Positions 1 through 8,252 of a stretch of DNA of 32,000 nt are shown piece after piece. The stretch lies in assembly GCF_000012905.2 (NCBI RefSeq), contig NC_007488.2:60001-92000 (forward strand). The letters are read 5' to 3'. Numbering within the stretch: the stretch's first letter is position 1; every line of letters begins with the position of its first letter. The notes beneath the pieces were generated by a model that was not told where the DNA came from, searched no databases, and worked only from the letters and a program-made list of their open reading frames with translations. Both the position numbers and the translations under genes were made by a program. This DNA comes from Cereibacter sphaeroides 2.4.1 (GTDB taxonomy: Bacteria > Pseudomonadota > Alphaproteobacteria > Rhodobacterales > Rhodobacteraceae).

Positions 1-320
1 TCGGCGGACGCGAGGCCCGTGGGGCGCAGCCGGCGGAGGGCATCGACCGCGGCCCCCATCCGGCGACGCGGGGGGGCGGCGGAGGCCTCCGGCGCGGCCT
101 GCGCCCGCGGTGCGCGGCCGCCGAGCACTTCGGCCTCCTCGATCCCGTCGAAGGAGGCTGCGGGCGCCGGCCGCGTGGCCTCCTGCGCTGCGGGTTCGCC
201 GCTCGCCCCGGTCTCGCGGCCCCGCAGCAGATCCTGGATCGCCCGCGTGGCCCCCGCCGGATCGCCGGCGCGCACCTGATCGAGCGCCCGGCCCATGGCC
301 GTCGCAAACTCCGTCTTCAT
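1..320 (-). CDS. 5' part of a gene for a PHB depolymerase family esterase-like protein (N-terminus only; continues past the window edge)
   Basis: The minus-strand ATG is at 318-320, preceded by AAGGAAGA (reverse complement of 326-333). The frame stays open to position 1. It is absent from the ORF track because there is no stop inside the window. My translation, MKTEFATAMGRALDQVRAGDPAGATRAIQDLLRGRETG... followed by an Ala/Pro-rich linker, resembles the N-termini of alphaproteobacterial proteins annotated as PHB depolymerase family esterases. The catalytic domain is outside the window, so the family call is tentative. Confidence 0.4.
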   Translation of the reverse strand, partial: MKTEFATAMGRALDQVRAGDPAGATRAIQDLLRGRETGASGEPAAQEATRPAPAASFDGIEEAEVLGGRAPRAQAAPEASAAPPRRRMGAAVDALRRLRPTGLASA

Positions 321-353
321 CTCGGTCTTCCTTGCCAGAGGGGCGCTGTGCGC

Positions 354-761
354 CTAGCGGATGCGGTCCCGGAGGGCCGCCTTGATCTCGGCGGACGCCT
401 GAAGCGCCCCGAGCACGGTGAGAGAGCCGATGGTGGCGCGCGCCAGATCGGCAGAGACGTCCGACGCGATCCGGGCCAGTCCCACGACGCGCACATGCAG
501 CAGCTCACCCGCCGCCTGTGCGGCCTCGAGCTCGGCCCGGCCGATGTCGCGCAGGCCGAGCTCGAGCGTGTGGCGCTCGATCGAGCGCGTCACGGCGTCG
601 GCCTCGGTTCCCAGCTGGTTGCGGATGGCGGTGCGGATGAAGTCGCTCCGGTTGGCGTAGAAGCCTTCCTGCACCAGAAGGTCGATCCGCCCGAGGTCCA
701 CCGGCCCGAGGTTGATCGTGATCTTCTCGCTGTCGCTGGTCTTCGGAGCCGGGGGCTGCAT
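354..761 (-). CDS. Ribbon-helix-helix (CopG/Arc-type) DNA-binding protein
   Basis: Taken from track ORF 354..899(-). I trimmed it to the internal ATG at 759-761 (MQPPAPKTSDSEKITINLGPVDLGRIDLLVQEGFYANRSDFIRTAIRNQL...). The beta-strand/helix/helix pattern 'ITINL...IDLLV..G.Y.NRSDFIRTAI' is typical of RHH regulators. It lies 33 nt upstream of the esterase-like gene on the same strand. Confidence 0.7.
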   Translation of the reverse strand: MQPPAPKTSDSEKITINLGPVDLGRIDLLVQEGFYANRSDFIRTAIRNQLGTEADAVTRSIERHTLELGLRDIGRAELEAAQAAGELLHVRVVGLARIASDVSADLARATIGSLTVLGALQASAEIKAALRDRIR

Positions 762-1157
762 CGTGTGTCTCCATCCGTGTGGATGGTATATGGATGTTGA
801 AGCGGCCGATGCAAGGGGCGACGAGCGCGCCCGCGCCTGACGTCGCGGCGCCCTCGGCGGGCGGTGCCACCCTGGCCGCAAGGGCCGGACGACGTCCACG
901 GGCAGTCCCGAGGACCGTGGTCAGTTATGCGGGCACGGAGCGGGAGAGGGATCGAAGGCCGGGCGCGCCGGGGCGTCAGAAGAGCGCGCCGGATCGGGCA
1001 GCTTCGGAGGGGGCCGCGCCGGAGGACGGGGGGCCGGGGTCGTCACAGGAGCGCACTGGATCAGACAGCTCGTGCGGAGGCAACGTCGGACGGGCAGGCC
1101 ACGGGAGGCGCAGGAAGAGAACGGCAGACGCCGGAGGGACGTTCTCCGTCCGAAGCG

Positions 1158-2156
1158 TCAGAAGCGCGCGCTGCGGCGCGAGCGGGCGAGCTTCGCGCGG
1201 GGTGGGGGGGCTTCGGCGGCGGTTTCATGGGCGAGGGTCGTGCAGACCCAGCGCCAGGTCTCGGCCAGCCCCTCCTCGAGGCCGATGCGCGGGGCCCAGT
1301 CGAAGGCTGCGCGCGCGCGGGAGATGTCGAGCACCACACGGGGCACGTCGTAGCCGCGGCCGGGCTGGCGGAGCGCGCGGACGGGCGGGCCGCCCGAAGC
1401 CTGGACGGTGCGGTCGATCCCGGCCACGATCTCGGCCACCGAGGTGCCGGTGCCGCTGCCCGCGTTGAAGAAGCCGCAGGTGTCCGAGCGCAGGGTCGCA
1501 ACGCAGAGCGCCGCCAGATCGCGGACATGGATGAAGTCGCGCGTCACCTGCCCGTCGCCCCAGATCTCGACCGGCTCGCCGCGCGCGGCGCGCCACAGGT
1601 GGGTGCCGATGATCCCCTGCACGCCGGTGTGGCCCTGTCGCGGCCCGTAGGGGTTCGAGGCGCGCAGCACCACGGGCGCCAGCCCGTAGAGCGCCTGCTC
1701 CATGCGGATGTAGCTCTCGATCGCGACCTTCACGATGCCGTAGGATCCGATGGGGCGCAGCGGATGCTCCTCGGGCACCGGATCGGCCTGCGGCACGCCA
1801 TAGACCGTGCCGCCGGACGAGAGGAACACGAGCCGCCGCTTGCCCGTCGCGCGCATCACGTCGAGAAGCCGCACCGTCGCCAGAAGATTGGCTTCGATGT
1901 CGAGCCCCGGGTTGAGGTTCGCGGTCGCGGGCACCGTCGCGCTCGCCAGATGGAGCACCGCCTCGACGTCGTGCAGCGCCCGGAACACCAGAGCCGGGTC
2001 GCTGTAGTCGCCCATGACATAATCGACGCCGGCAAGCGGCGGACGGAAGGCCTCGGGCCGTCGGCCGAAGACCCGCACCCGACAGCCCTCCTGCAACAGA
2101 AGGTCGACGACATGTGACCCGATAAAACCGCAGCCGCCTATTACCAGAACTTTCAT
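1158..2156 (-). CDS. NAD-dependent epimerase/dehydratase (UDP-sugar 4-epimerase-like, extended SDR)
   Basis: Track ORF 1158..2159(-). The first codon in the track is GTG, and the adjacent ATG at 2154-2156 gives MKVLVIGGCGFIGSHVVDLL (GxxGxxG Rossmann motif). It also has a YGxxK-type active-site region (SYGIVKVAIE) and an overall length of about 330 aa. Confidence 0.85.
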   Translation of the reverse strand: MKVLVIGGCGFIGSHVVDLLLQEGCRVRVFGRRPEAFRPPLAGVDYVMGDYSDPALVFRALHDVEAVLHLASATVPATANLNPGLDIEANLLATVRLLDVMRATGKRRLVFLSSGGTVYGVPQADPVPEEHPLRPIGSYGIVKVAIESYIRMEQALYGLAPVVLRASNPYGPRQGHTGVQGIIGTHLWRAARGEPVEIWGDGQVTRDFIHVRDLAALCVATLRSDTCGFFNAGSGTGTSVAEIVAGIDRTVQASGGPPVRALRQPGRGYDVPRVVLDISRARAAFDWAPRIGLEEGLAETWRWVCTTLAHETAAEAPPPRAKLARSRRSARF

Positions 2157-2337
2157 CACATGTTCCTCGCCAAGCCCTGCGCGGCTTAAACTACTTCCGA
2201 TTGTATTGAGTCAGATCCGATGTCAAGCCTCATTGTTCCTCAAGGCGAGAAAGACACAGCCTGAGGTAGAAATTGCTGTGGACGCGGCAGACGATGATCG
2301 CTATCAACCACCGGCATGGACCTGCCGTTGTGAGATC

Positions 2338-2826
2338 ATGCTGGCTGTGACGAGCAATGCCTTTCTGGGCGATTCGAATAAAGATTTCCTTGCCAACTGG
2401 CAGGAAACCTTCGTTCTCTTTGCCCTTCCGGGCAGCGGTCTCGGCCTGAAGGGGCTTCTCGAGCGCAACCGGAGCGCGATCCTCATCGAACATCTGCGGC
2501 CGCCCTCGGGCCCGTTCGCCCTGCTCGCGGACCTGCCGAAGTGGCTGGGCCACCATCTCCTCGATCCGACGCGGCCGCTCCTGTTCCTCGACCGGGCGTT
2601 CGAGACGGGCGAGCTGACCGAGGAAGAGCGCGCGGGCCGGGCCAGTCCCCGCGGGCTGCGGGCCGAGCTCGACGAGGCGGGGCGGCTGCGGCTGCTGCGG
2701 CTGGGCGGCATGATCGCCACGAGCCCGGTGCTGCCGCCCTTCCTGCGCATCCTCGCCCGGCAGGAGGTGGCGGTGGCCACGGCGCTCGACCTTCTGCGCA
2801 CGGCCTTCCCGGACAGCGGCACATGA
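2338..2826 (+). CDS. Hypothetical protein, translationally coupled to the downstream glycosyltransferase
   Basis: Track ORF 2206..2826(+), which begins at a TTG. The first in-frame ATG is at 2338, and an in-frame GTG at 2278 is an alternative start. The stop TGA at 2824-2826 overlaps the ATG at 2823-2825 of the next gene (ATGA). I recognised no family motif. Confidence 0.5.
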   Translation: MLAVTSNAFLGDSNKDFLANWQETFVLFALPGSGLGLKGLLERNRSAILIEHLRPPSGPFALLADLPKWLGHHLLDPTRPLLFLDRAFETGELTEEERAGRASPRGLRAELDEAGRLRLLRLGGMIATSPVLPPFLRILARQEVAVATALDLLRTAFPDSGT

Positions 2827-5288
2827 GCGACCTCGACGACCTCTGGCGCAGCCTCGCACCCGGGCAGGTGCTTGCCGAAAGGCCGGATTTCCGCCGCCCG
2901 CCGGTCGGAGAAGCCAGCGTCTACGACGAGCTGAAGGCGCAGATTTCCGGGCTCGACAAGGTGCTGGAGGACCTGACGACCCTGCCCGCCCTGTCGGAGG
3001 CCATTGCCCTCGGCGAACCCGACGCCTGCCATCTGGCCTGCGAACTGATCCGTCTGGGCGATCCGGTCGACCGGGCCGTGTCGGATTTCTCGCACGAGGC
3101 CTACCGGGCCTGGTATCCCGACATCGCGAAGGCGAAGATCGATCCCTTCCTCCACTATCTCGAACACGGCTGGAAGGAGGGGCGGCGCACGCTGGCGAGT
3201 CTGCGCGACAAGCACCACGCCGGGCGGCGGACCTACAACCCAAACGTGCAGACCTGCCTCATCGCCGTGCACGAGCTGTCGCGGACCGGCGCCCCTGTGG
3301 TGGGGCTCGATCTGGCGCGCGAGGCGGCCGAGACTTGCAATGTGGTTGTCGTCGCAGTGCGGGGCGGCGCCCTGCTGGAGGATTTTATCGATCATGTCTG
3401 CGATCTTGTGATTTCGGAAAATCCTTTTGGGGATATTCTTTTTCTCTCTCAAGAAAGTTTCACCAGGATAGATTTCGCGATCCTCAATTCGGTGGAGGCC
3501 GTTCCGCTCGTTCGCTATGCCGTCGCGCGGGACATTCCCTTCGCGACCTATATTCACGAATATACCGATTACACCTATCCGAATTACAAGGTGACATTGA
3601 CCTCGCTCTTTTCCGATCTGCTGATCTTTTCCTCGGATCACGTCCGGCAAAGCTGGACCGGTTGGCTACGCGACGTGGAGTGCGACATCGACCGCGACAC
3701 GCGGATCCTGCCGCAGCGCCCGGTCCGGATGGGAGGCTGCACCGAGGACCGCATCCGCGAGGCGCGGGAGCGGATCTCGGCGCTGATCGGGCGCGACTGC
3801 GCGCATGTGCGCCTCGTCTGCGGCGCGGGGCATCTCCAGTGGCGCAAGGGCCCCGACATCTTCGCCATGGCGGCCCAGATCTGCGCGGCGCGCGATCCCG
3901 ACACGCTGTTCCTCTGGATCGGCGACGGGCTCAATCCCGAGGACATGGAGTTCGGGGTATGGATGAGCTACCACCTGCGCCAGATCGGCGCGGGGCGGCC
4001 CGAGGGCAATCTCTTCCTGCTGCCGGCGGGGCCGGCCTATCCGGATGTGCTCGCGGCCGCGGATGCGATGTTCGTCTCGTCGCGGCTCGATCCGCTGCCG
4101 AACGTCGTGTTCGACGCGCTGGCGGCCGGGTGCCGGATCGTGCTCTTCGAGGGGGCGAGCGGCTTCGGCGATGCGGTCTACCGCCGATCGGGCCGGATCC
4201 GCACCGTCGAATATGGCAATCCCGCCGCCGCGGCCGAGGCGCTGCTCGACCTGCCGCGGAAGACCCCCGGGCCCGCGCGCGAGGCTGCGCCCGAGGCGGA
4301 CGGGCTCTTCGCCCGCATCCGCCGCGCGCTCCTCGACCGGCTCGCCACGCAGCGCTACTTCGTGCGCGGCGCGAGCGAGATCGACGCGCCGATGCTCTTC
4401 CACGAGCCGGAGCAGGCCGAGTTCCGCATCCTCGAGCGCGAGAAGATGATGCGCTACGGCCGCCGCCGCATGTGGCGCGATCTGGCCGAGGTCGAGGAGA
4501 GGCTGGCGGACGCCGACAACTGGGTCCACCGCAAGCTGCGGATCGCCCCCTACGGCACCGCAGAAGCCACGGAGCTGCCGCGCTTTTCGCTGCATGTCCA
4601 TGCCTTCTACACCGACGATCTGGCGCAGGACGTGCGCCGGCACGCGGCCTACCGCTGTGCCAGCCGGATCGTCGTCACCACCGACAGCGACCGGAAGGCG
4701 GACGAGATCCGCACGCTGATGGCGGCGGTGGGGCTTGCGCCCGAGGTGCTGGTCCGGCCCAACCGCGGGCGCGACATCCTGCCCTTCCTGCAGCTCTTCC
4801 TGCCCGGGGGCGCGGCGGGCGAGGACGAGATCTGGTGCCACCTGCATCAGAAGAAGTCGCTCGCCACCACGGACAGCGGCGACATCTGGCGCGCCTTCCT
4901 CCTGCGCATCCTCCTCGGGGATGAGGCGTCCCTGTCGGATGCGGCGACGAATCTGCGCAACCCAGGCGTGGGCCTCGTGGCGCCGTTCGATCCCTATTTC
5001 ATCCCGTGGGACGCCTCGCGCGCGCTGCTGCCGCGGGTCGCGCCGCGCCTGCCGGGCCCGCTGCCCGACAATCCGCTGCTCTTCCCGGTGGGCAACATGT
5101 TCTTTGTCCGCAGCGCGGTGGTGCGGGCGATGAACGACCTGTTCGGCGCGGGCTACCCCTGGCCCAACGAACCCATTCCCAACGACGGGACCGAGTTTCA
5201 TCTGATCGAGCGGCTCTGGCCCGCGCTGGCCGCGCAGTGCGGCCTGTCCTCGGTCTTCGTGCACAAGCTGGATCAGCAGAGGGTTTAG
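2823..5288 (+). CDS. Large polysaccharide-biosynthesis protein: GT4-like glycosyltransferase region fused to a C-terminal rhamnan synthesis F-like domain
   Basis: Track ORF 2541..5288(+), trimmed to the ATG at 2823 (MSDLDDLWRSLAPG...). The upstream extension is Arg/Ala/Pro-rich and overlaps the preceding ORF. The N-terminal part carries a 'YRAWYPDIAKAKIDPFLHYLEHGWKEGRR' motif common in glycan-locus proteins. The middle part looks GT4-like (CLIAVHELSRTGAPVV..., ...FVSSRLDPLPNVVFDALAAGCRIV). The C-terminal part (FSLHVHAFYTDDL...PNRGRDILPFLQLF...WCHLHQKKS...GNMFFVRS) matches my memory of the Rhamnan_synth_F family. Confidence 0.75.
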   Translation: MSDLDDLWRSLAPGQVLAERPDFRRPPVGEASVYDELKAQISGLDKVLEDLTTLPALSEAIALGEPDACHLACELIRLGDPVDRAVSDFSHEAYRAWYPDIAKAKIDPFLHYLEHGWKEGRRTLASLRDKHHAGRRTYNPNVQTCLIAVHELSRTGAPVVGLDLAREAAETCNVVVVAVRGGALLEDFIDHVCDLVISENPFGDILFLSQESFTRIDFAILNSVEAVPLVRYAVARDIPFATYIHEYTDYTYPNYKVTLTSLFSDLLIFSSDHVRQSWTGWLRDVECDIDRDTRILPQRPVRMGGCTEDRIREARERISALIGRDCAHVRLVCGAGHLQWRKGPDIFAMAAQICAARDPDTLFLWIGDGLNPEDMEFGVWMSYHLRQIGAGRPEGNLFLLPAGPAYPDVLAAADAMFVSSRLDPLPNVVFDALAAGCRIVLFEGASGFGDAVYRRSGRIRTVEYGNPAAAAEALLDLPRKTPGPAREAAPEADGLFARIRRALLDRLATQRYFVRGASEIDAPMLFHEPEQAEFRILEREKMMRYGRRRMWRDLAEVEERLADADNWVHRKLRIAPYGTAEATELPRFSLHVHAFYTDDLAQDVRRHAAYRCASRIVVTTDSDRKADEIRTLMAAVGLAPEVLVRPNRGRDILPFLQLFLPGGAAGEDEIWCHLHQKKSLATTDSGDIWRAFLLRILLGDEASLSDAATNLRNPGVGLVAPFDPYFIPWDASRALLPRVAPRLPGPLPDNPLLFPVGNMFFVRSAVVRAMNDLFGAGYPWPNEPIPNDGTEFHLIERLWPALAAQCGLSSVFVHKLDQQRV

Positions 5289-5293
5289 GGCGC

Positions 5294-6295
5294 ATGGAAG
5301 TCATTCTGCACATCGGCATGGGCAAGACGGGGACCTCCTCGATCCAGACGGCGCTGGAGCAGAACGCGGACGCGCTGCGCAGGCAGGGCGTCGACTATCT
5401 CGGCATGTGGTTCGACATGCTCGATCCCGCCTTCCACGGCCTCTCCGGGCAGCCCGCCTTCTTCCGCTCGGAGCCGCCGGAGATGCAGGCCCATGCCCGC
5501 CGCTTCGCGGACGTGCTGGCCGAGCGGGAGCGCGCCGCGGGCTGCAGCCGCTTCATCCTGTCGAACGAGGGGATCTACGGGCAGGTGCTCACCATGCTGC
5601 CCTTCGTCGAGGAACTGCGGCGCCATGTGCGGCTGCGGCTTCTGGCCTATGTGCGCGACCCGCACGAATGGCTGCCCTCGGCCTACAGCCAATGGTCGAT
5701 CTTCCACAAGAATTACGAAGGCCCCGTGCGACCCTTCGCCGAGATGGCGCGCCAGCAGGTGAAGGTCTATTCCGGCTTCCAGGTCTGGGGCGAGGCGGTG
5801 CCCGACCTGCTGACGGTGCGGCCCTACCTGAGGCAGAAGAACGTGGTCGAGGATGTCGCGGAGGTGCTGGGCGTCGCGCTCGCCCCGCCGGCGAAGCGGC
5901 GGCAGGCGCGCGTCACGGCCGACGAGGCGGCGCTGCGCATCTTCTACAACACCCGCCTGCCCGGCAACACGCTGCCCGGGATCTTCGACGGGGCGTTCGA
6001 GGGCCTGAACCTGCGCGCCGCTCCGGTGCTCGCGGATGTCGCGGCCCGGATGCTCGACTATCGCGGGACCGACCGGATCGTCGACGAGGCCCGCCCGCTC
6101 TTCGACTATCTGCGCACCCGCTTCGGGATCGACTTCCCGTCCGAACATGCCGAGATCGAGCCGCCTCCGGATCCCGAGGCGCTGCGGCGCCGGCTGACCG
6201 AGCATCTGCTGCAGATCGTCATGCATCAGGCCGACCGCATCACGGCCCTCGAGAAAGCCGTGGCGGCGCTTCAGGCCGCGCCCGGCGAGCGTTGA
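5294..6295 (+). CDS. Sulfotransferase-like P-loop protein
   Basis: Track ORF 5006..6295(+), trimmed to the ATG at 5294 (MEVILHIGMGKTGTSSIQ...). 'GMGKTGTS' resembles the 5'-phosphosulfate-binding loop of PAPS-dependent sulfotransferases. 'YVRDPHEWLPSAYSQ' resembles the 3'-phosphate-binding RxPxxxxxS motif. The gene starts 5 nt after the previous stop. Confidence 0.55.
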   Translation: MEVILHIGMGKTGTSSIQTALEQNADALRRQGVDYLGMWFDMLDPAFHGLSGQPAFFRSEPPEMQAHARRFADVLAERERAAGCSRFILSNEGIYGQVLTMLPFVEELRRHVRLRLLAYVRDPHEWLPSAYSQWSIFHKNYEGPVRPFAEMARQQVKVYSGFQVWGEAVPDLLTVRPYLRQKNVVEDVAEVLGVALAPPAKRRQARVTADEAALRIFYNTRLPGNTLPGIFDGAFEGLNLRAAPVLADVAARMLDYRGTDRIVDEARPLFDYLRTRFGIDFPSEHAEIEPPPDPEALRRRLTEHLLQIVMHQADRITALEKAVAALQAAPGER

Positions 6296-6565
6296 GCGGG
6301 GGGCGCGATGGAGGCTCCGGCAGAGGCAGGGACGGGCAGGAGGCGGAGGCGCCGGTCGCGGCACGCCGTCGCTTCGCGCGCCGCGGCCCGCGCGCGCGGC
6401 AACCGGCGGCCCGCCTGCCGCGGGAATGCGAGCAGGGCCGGGGCGCCTCCGCGTCCCGAGGATCGCGTCGCACCTCTCCCTCCATGCACCGCCCTCCACA
6501 GGACGGGCGCCCGGCCTGCCGCCGCCGCGCGCCCGGACCGTCTCTGACAGGGGTTATCGATCGTC

Positions 6566-8032
6566 ATGTCACTCGTCCAAGCCTCCCCACCGCGGATCGC
6601 CCTCATCGTCCTCGGGATGCACCGCTCCGGCACCTCCGCCCTCGCGGGCGTCCTCGCGCAGATGGGCTGCGACCTGCCGCAGGATCTGATGCCCTCCACC
6701 GCGTTCAATCCCCGTGGCCATTTCGAGTCGCTTCAGGTCTATCACCTGAACGATGCGATCCTCGCCTCGGGGGGGTCCGCGTGGGATGACTGGGCGCCCT
6801 TCAACCCCGAGTGGTATCGCTCGCCGCGGCTGGGCGAGTTCCGGCAGCGCGCGGCCGAGGTGATGGCGCAGGAATTCGGCCGGTCGAGCCTGATCGTGCT
6901 GAAGGACCCGCGCATCTGCCGCCTGCTGCCCTTCTGGAAGGAGGTGCTGGCCGAGGCGGGCTTCCGGCCGCTCTTCGTCTGCACCCATCGCGCCCCGGAC
7001 GAGGTGGCGGCCTCGCTCTCGCGGCGCGAGGGCTGGCCTCCGGGGTGGGGGCAGCTTCTCTGGCTGCGCCATGTGCTCGAGGCCGAGGCCGAGACCCGGC
7101 AGGAGCCGCGCCTCTTCGTGTCCTACGAGGCGCTCCTGTCGGACTGGCGCGCCACGGTGGCGCGGATCGGCGAGGGGCTCGGGCTGCGCTTCCCCCGCAC
7201 GGCGGATGCGGCCGCCCCGGCCATCCGCGATTTCCTCGCCGACGAGCTGCGCCACTTCCGCTCTGCCAGCGCGCGCGAGGGCGTGCTGCCGCCGGACTGG
7301 ATCCGCCGCCCGCAGGAGATCTTCGGCCGCTGGGCCGCTACGGGCGAGACGGCCGAGGACTGGGCCGAGCTCGACGGGATCCGGGCGGAGGTCGACCGCG
7401 CCACGCCGATGCTGGGGATGGTCGCGCGCGACGCGGCCAGGGCGAGCGCGCAGGGCCGGGACGGAGAGGAGGCCGAAAAGGCGGAGCAGGCGATGCGCGA
7501 GGAGGAACTCGCGCTCCTGCGGCGCGCGCAGGCCGACACCGAGGCCCGCCTGCGCCATGCCACGGTGCATCTGGAGGCCATGACCCGCCAGCTCTCGGCC
7601 GAGATCGAGGCGACGGCCCCGGCCGAGCTTCAGGCGCGGGAGCGTCTGCCGGCGGTGGAGGCGGCCCGCGCCGCGCTCGAGCGCGAGGTGGACGATCTGC
7701 GCCAGAACCTGCGGCACCGCGCGGCTCATGTGGTCGAGCTCGAACGCCACGCGGGCGCGCTGGCCGAGCGCGCGGCGGCGCTCGAGCAGTGCGTGGCGGC
7801 GCTCGAGCAGCGCGTGGCCGAGCTCGAGCAGTGCGTGGCAGAGCTTGAGGGGCAGGGCGAGGCGCTCGAGCGCCAGCGGAAGGACGCCACCGGGAAACTG
7901 GCCGCGGCCCGTCTTCAGATCGCAGAGATGGAGGCGCGCCACGCCGCGATCCTTTCCAGCACCTCCTGGAAGGTGACGCGGCCGATCCGGTCGGCGGTGG
8001 AGAGGCTGCACCGCGCGAAGCAGCCGTCGTGA
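6566..8032 (+). CDS. Sulfotransferase family protein with a long C-terminal coiled-coil tail
   Basis: Track ORF 6566..8032(+). The N-terminus IALIVLGMHRSGTSALAGVL is a P-loop/5'-PSB-like motif, and 'LIVLKDPRICRLLPFW' is a 3'-PB-like motif. The C-terminal ~200 aa is rich in Ala, Glu, Leu and Arg with heptad periodicity (ALEQCVAALEQRVAELEQCVAELEGQGEALE). It ends with the 'SSTSWKVTRPIR' motif often seen at the end of glycan-locus coiled-coil proteins. Confidence 0.65.
   Translation: MSLVQASPPRIALIVLGMHRSGTSALAGVLAQMGCDLPQDLMPSTAFNPRGHFESLQVYHLNDAILASGGSAWDDWAPFNPEWYRSPRLGEFRQRAAEVMAQEFGRSSLIVLKDPRICRLLPFWKEVLAEAGFRPLFVCTHRAPDEVAASLSRREGWPPGWGQLLWLRHVLEAEAETRQEPRLFVSYEALLSDWRATVARIGEGLGLRFPRTADAAAPAIRDFLADELRHFRSASAREGVLPPDWIRRPQEIFGRWAATGETAEDWAELDGIRAEVDRATPMLGMVARDAARASAQGRDGEEAEKAEQAMREEELALLRRAQADTEARLRHATVHLEAMTRQLSAEIEATAPAELQARERLPAVEAARAALEREVDDLRQNLRHRAAHVVELERHAGALAERAAALEQCVAALEQRVAELEQCVAELEGQGEALERQRKDATGKLAAARLQIAEMEARHAAILSSTSWKVTRPIRSAVERLHRAKQPS
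7778..7861 (+). repeat. In-frame 21-bp (7-codon) tandem repeat: three near-identical copies plus one degenerate copy
   Basis: Copies read directly from the sequence: 7778-7798 GCGCTCGAGCAGTGCGTGGCG, 7799-7819 GCGCTCGAGCAGCGCGTGGCC, 7820-7840 GAGCTCGAGCAGTGCGTGGCA and 7841-7861 GAGCTTGAGGGGCAGGGCGAG. They encode the ALEQCVA / ALEQRVA / ELEQCVA / ELEGQGE heptads. Confidence 0.85.
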
Positions 8033-8071
8033 GTCCGCGTCCGCGGCGCCCGCTCCGGGGACGGGCCTCCG

Positions 8072-8089
8072 CTCCGGCCGCGGCCGGAG
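8072..8089. terminator. 18-bp GC-rich palindrome (CTCCGGCCGCGGCCGGAG); candidate terminator stem for the sulfotransferase gene
   Basis: Perfect palindrome located 40 nt after the stop at 8032. There is no U-tract, so intrinsic-terminator function is uncertain. Confidence 0.3.
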
Positions 8090-8159
8090 GAGCCTGACCC
8101 GGCACCCCAAGGGCTGGGGCGACAGGGTGGAAGCGGCCCGCTGCCATACAACCTGCGGC

Positions 8160-8200
8160 CTGTGCGCCGCTGCGGCGGATCCCGCGGCAGCGGCGCACAG
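8160..8200. repeat. Perfect 14-bp inverted repeat (CTGTGCGCCGCTGC ... GCAGCGGCGCACAG) with a 13-nt spacer that can itself pair (GCGG/CCGC)
   Basis: The arms are at 8160-8173 and 8187-8200 and are exact reverse complements. It lies between the glycan locus and kaiC, about 25 nt upstream of a promoter-like TTGAGA/TATACT pair. Its function is unknown; it could be a terminator/insulator or an operator. Confidence 0.7.
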
Positions 8201-8225
8201 GCCTGAAAATAGTGCTCAAGGACAG

Positions 8226-8252
8226 TTGAGAATCCGCAGCACGGGATATACT
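8226..8252 (+). promoter_or_regulatory. Candidate sigma70-type promoter for the kai operon
   Basis: TTGAGA (8226-8231), a 15-nt spacer and TATACT (8247-8252), in a locally AT-richer stretch about 60 nt upstream of the kaiC ATG. The spacer is shorter than the optimum. This is a consensus match by eye only. Confidence 0.25.

Noticed and set aside
2541-2822. The upstream extension of the glycosyltransferase ORF, which would give a 915-aa protein starting at 2541.
   Set aside because: The extension is Arg/Ala/Pro/Gly-rich and fully overlaps the better-looking ORF 2338..2826 in another frame. The ATG at 2823 gives an ATGA stop/start coupling and a sensible N-terminus.
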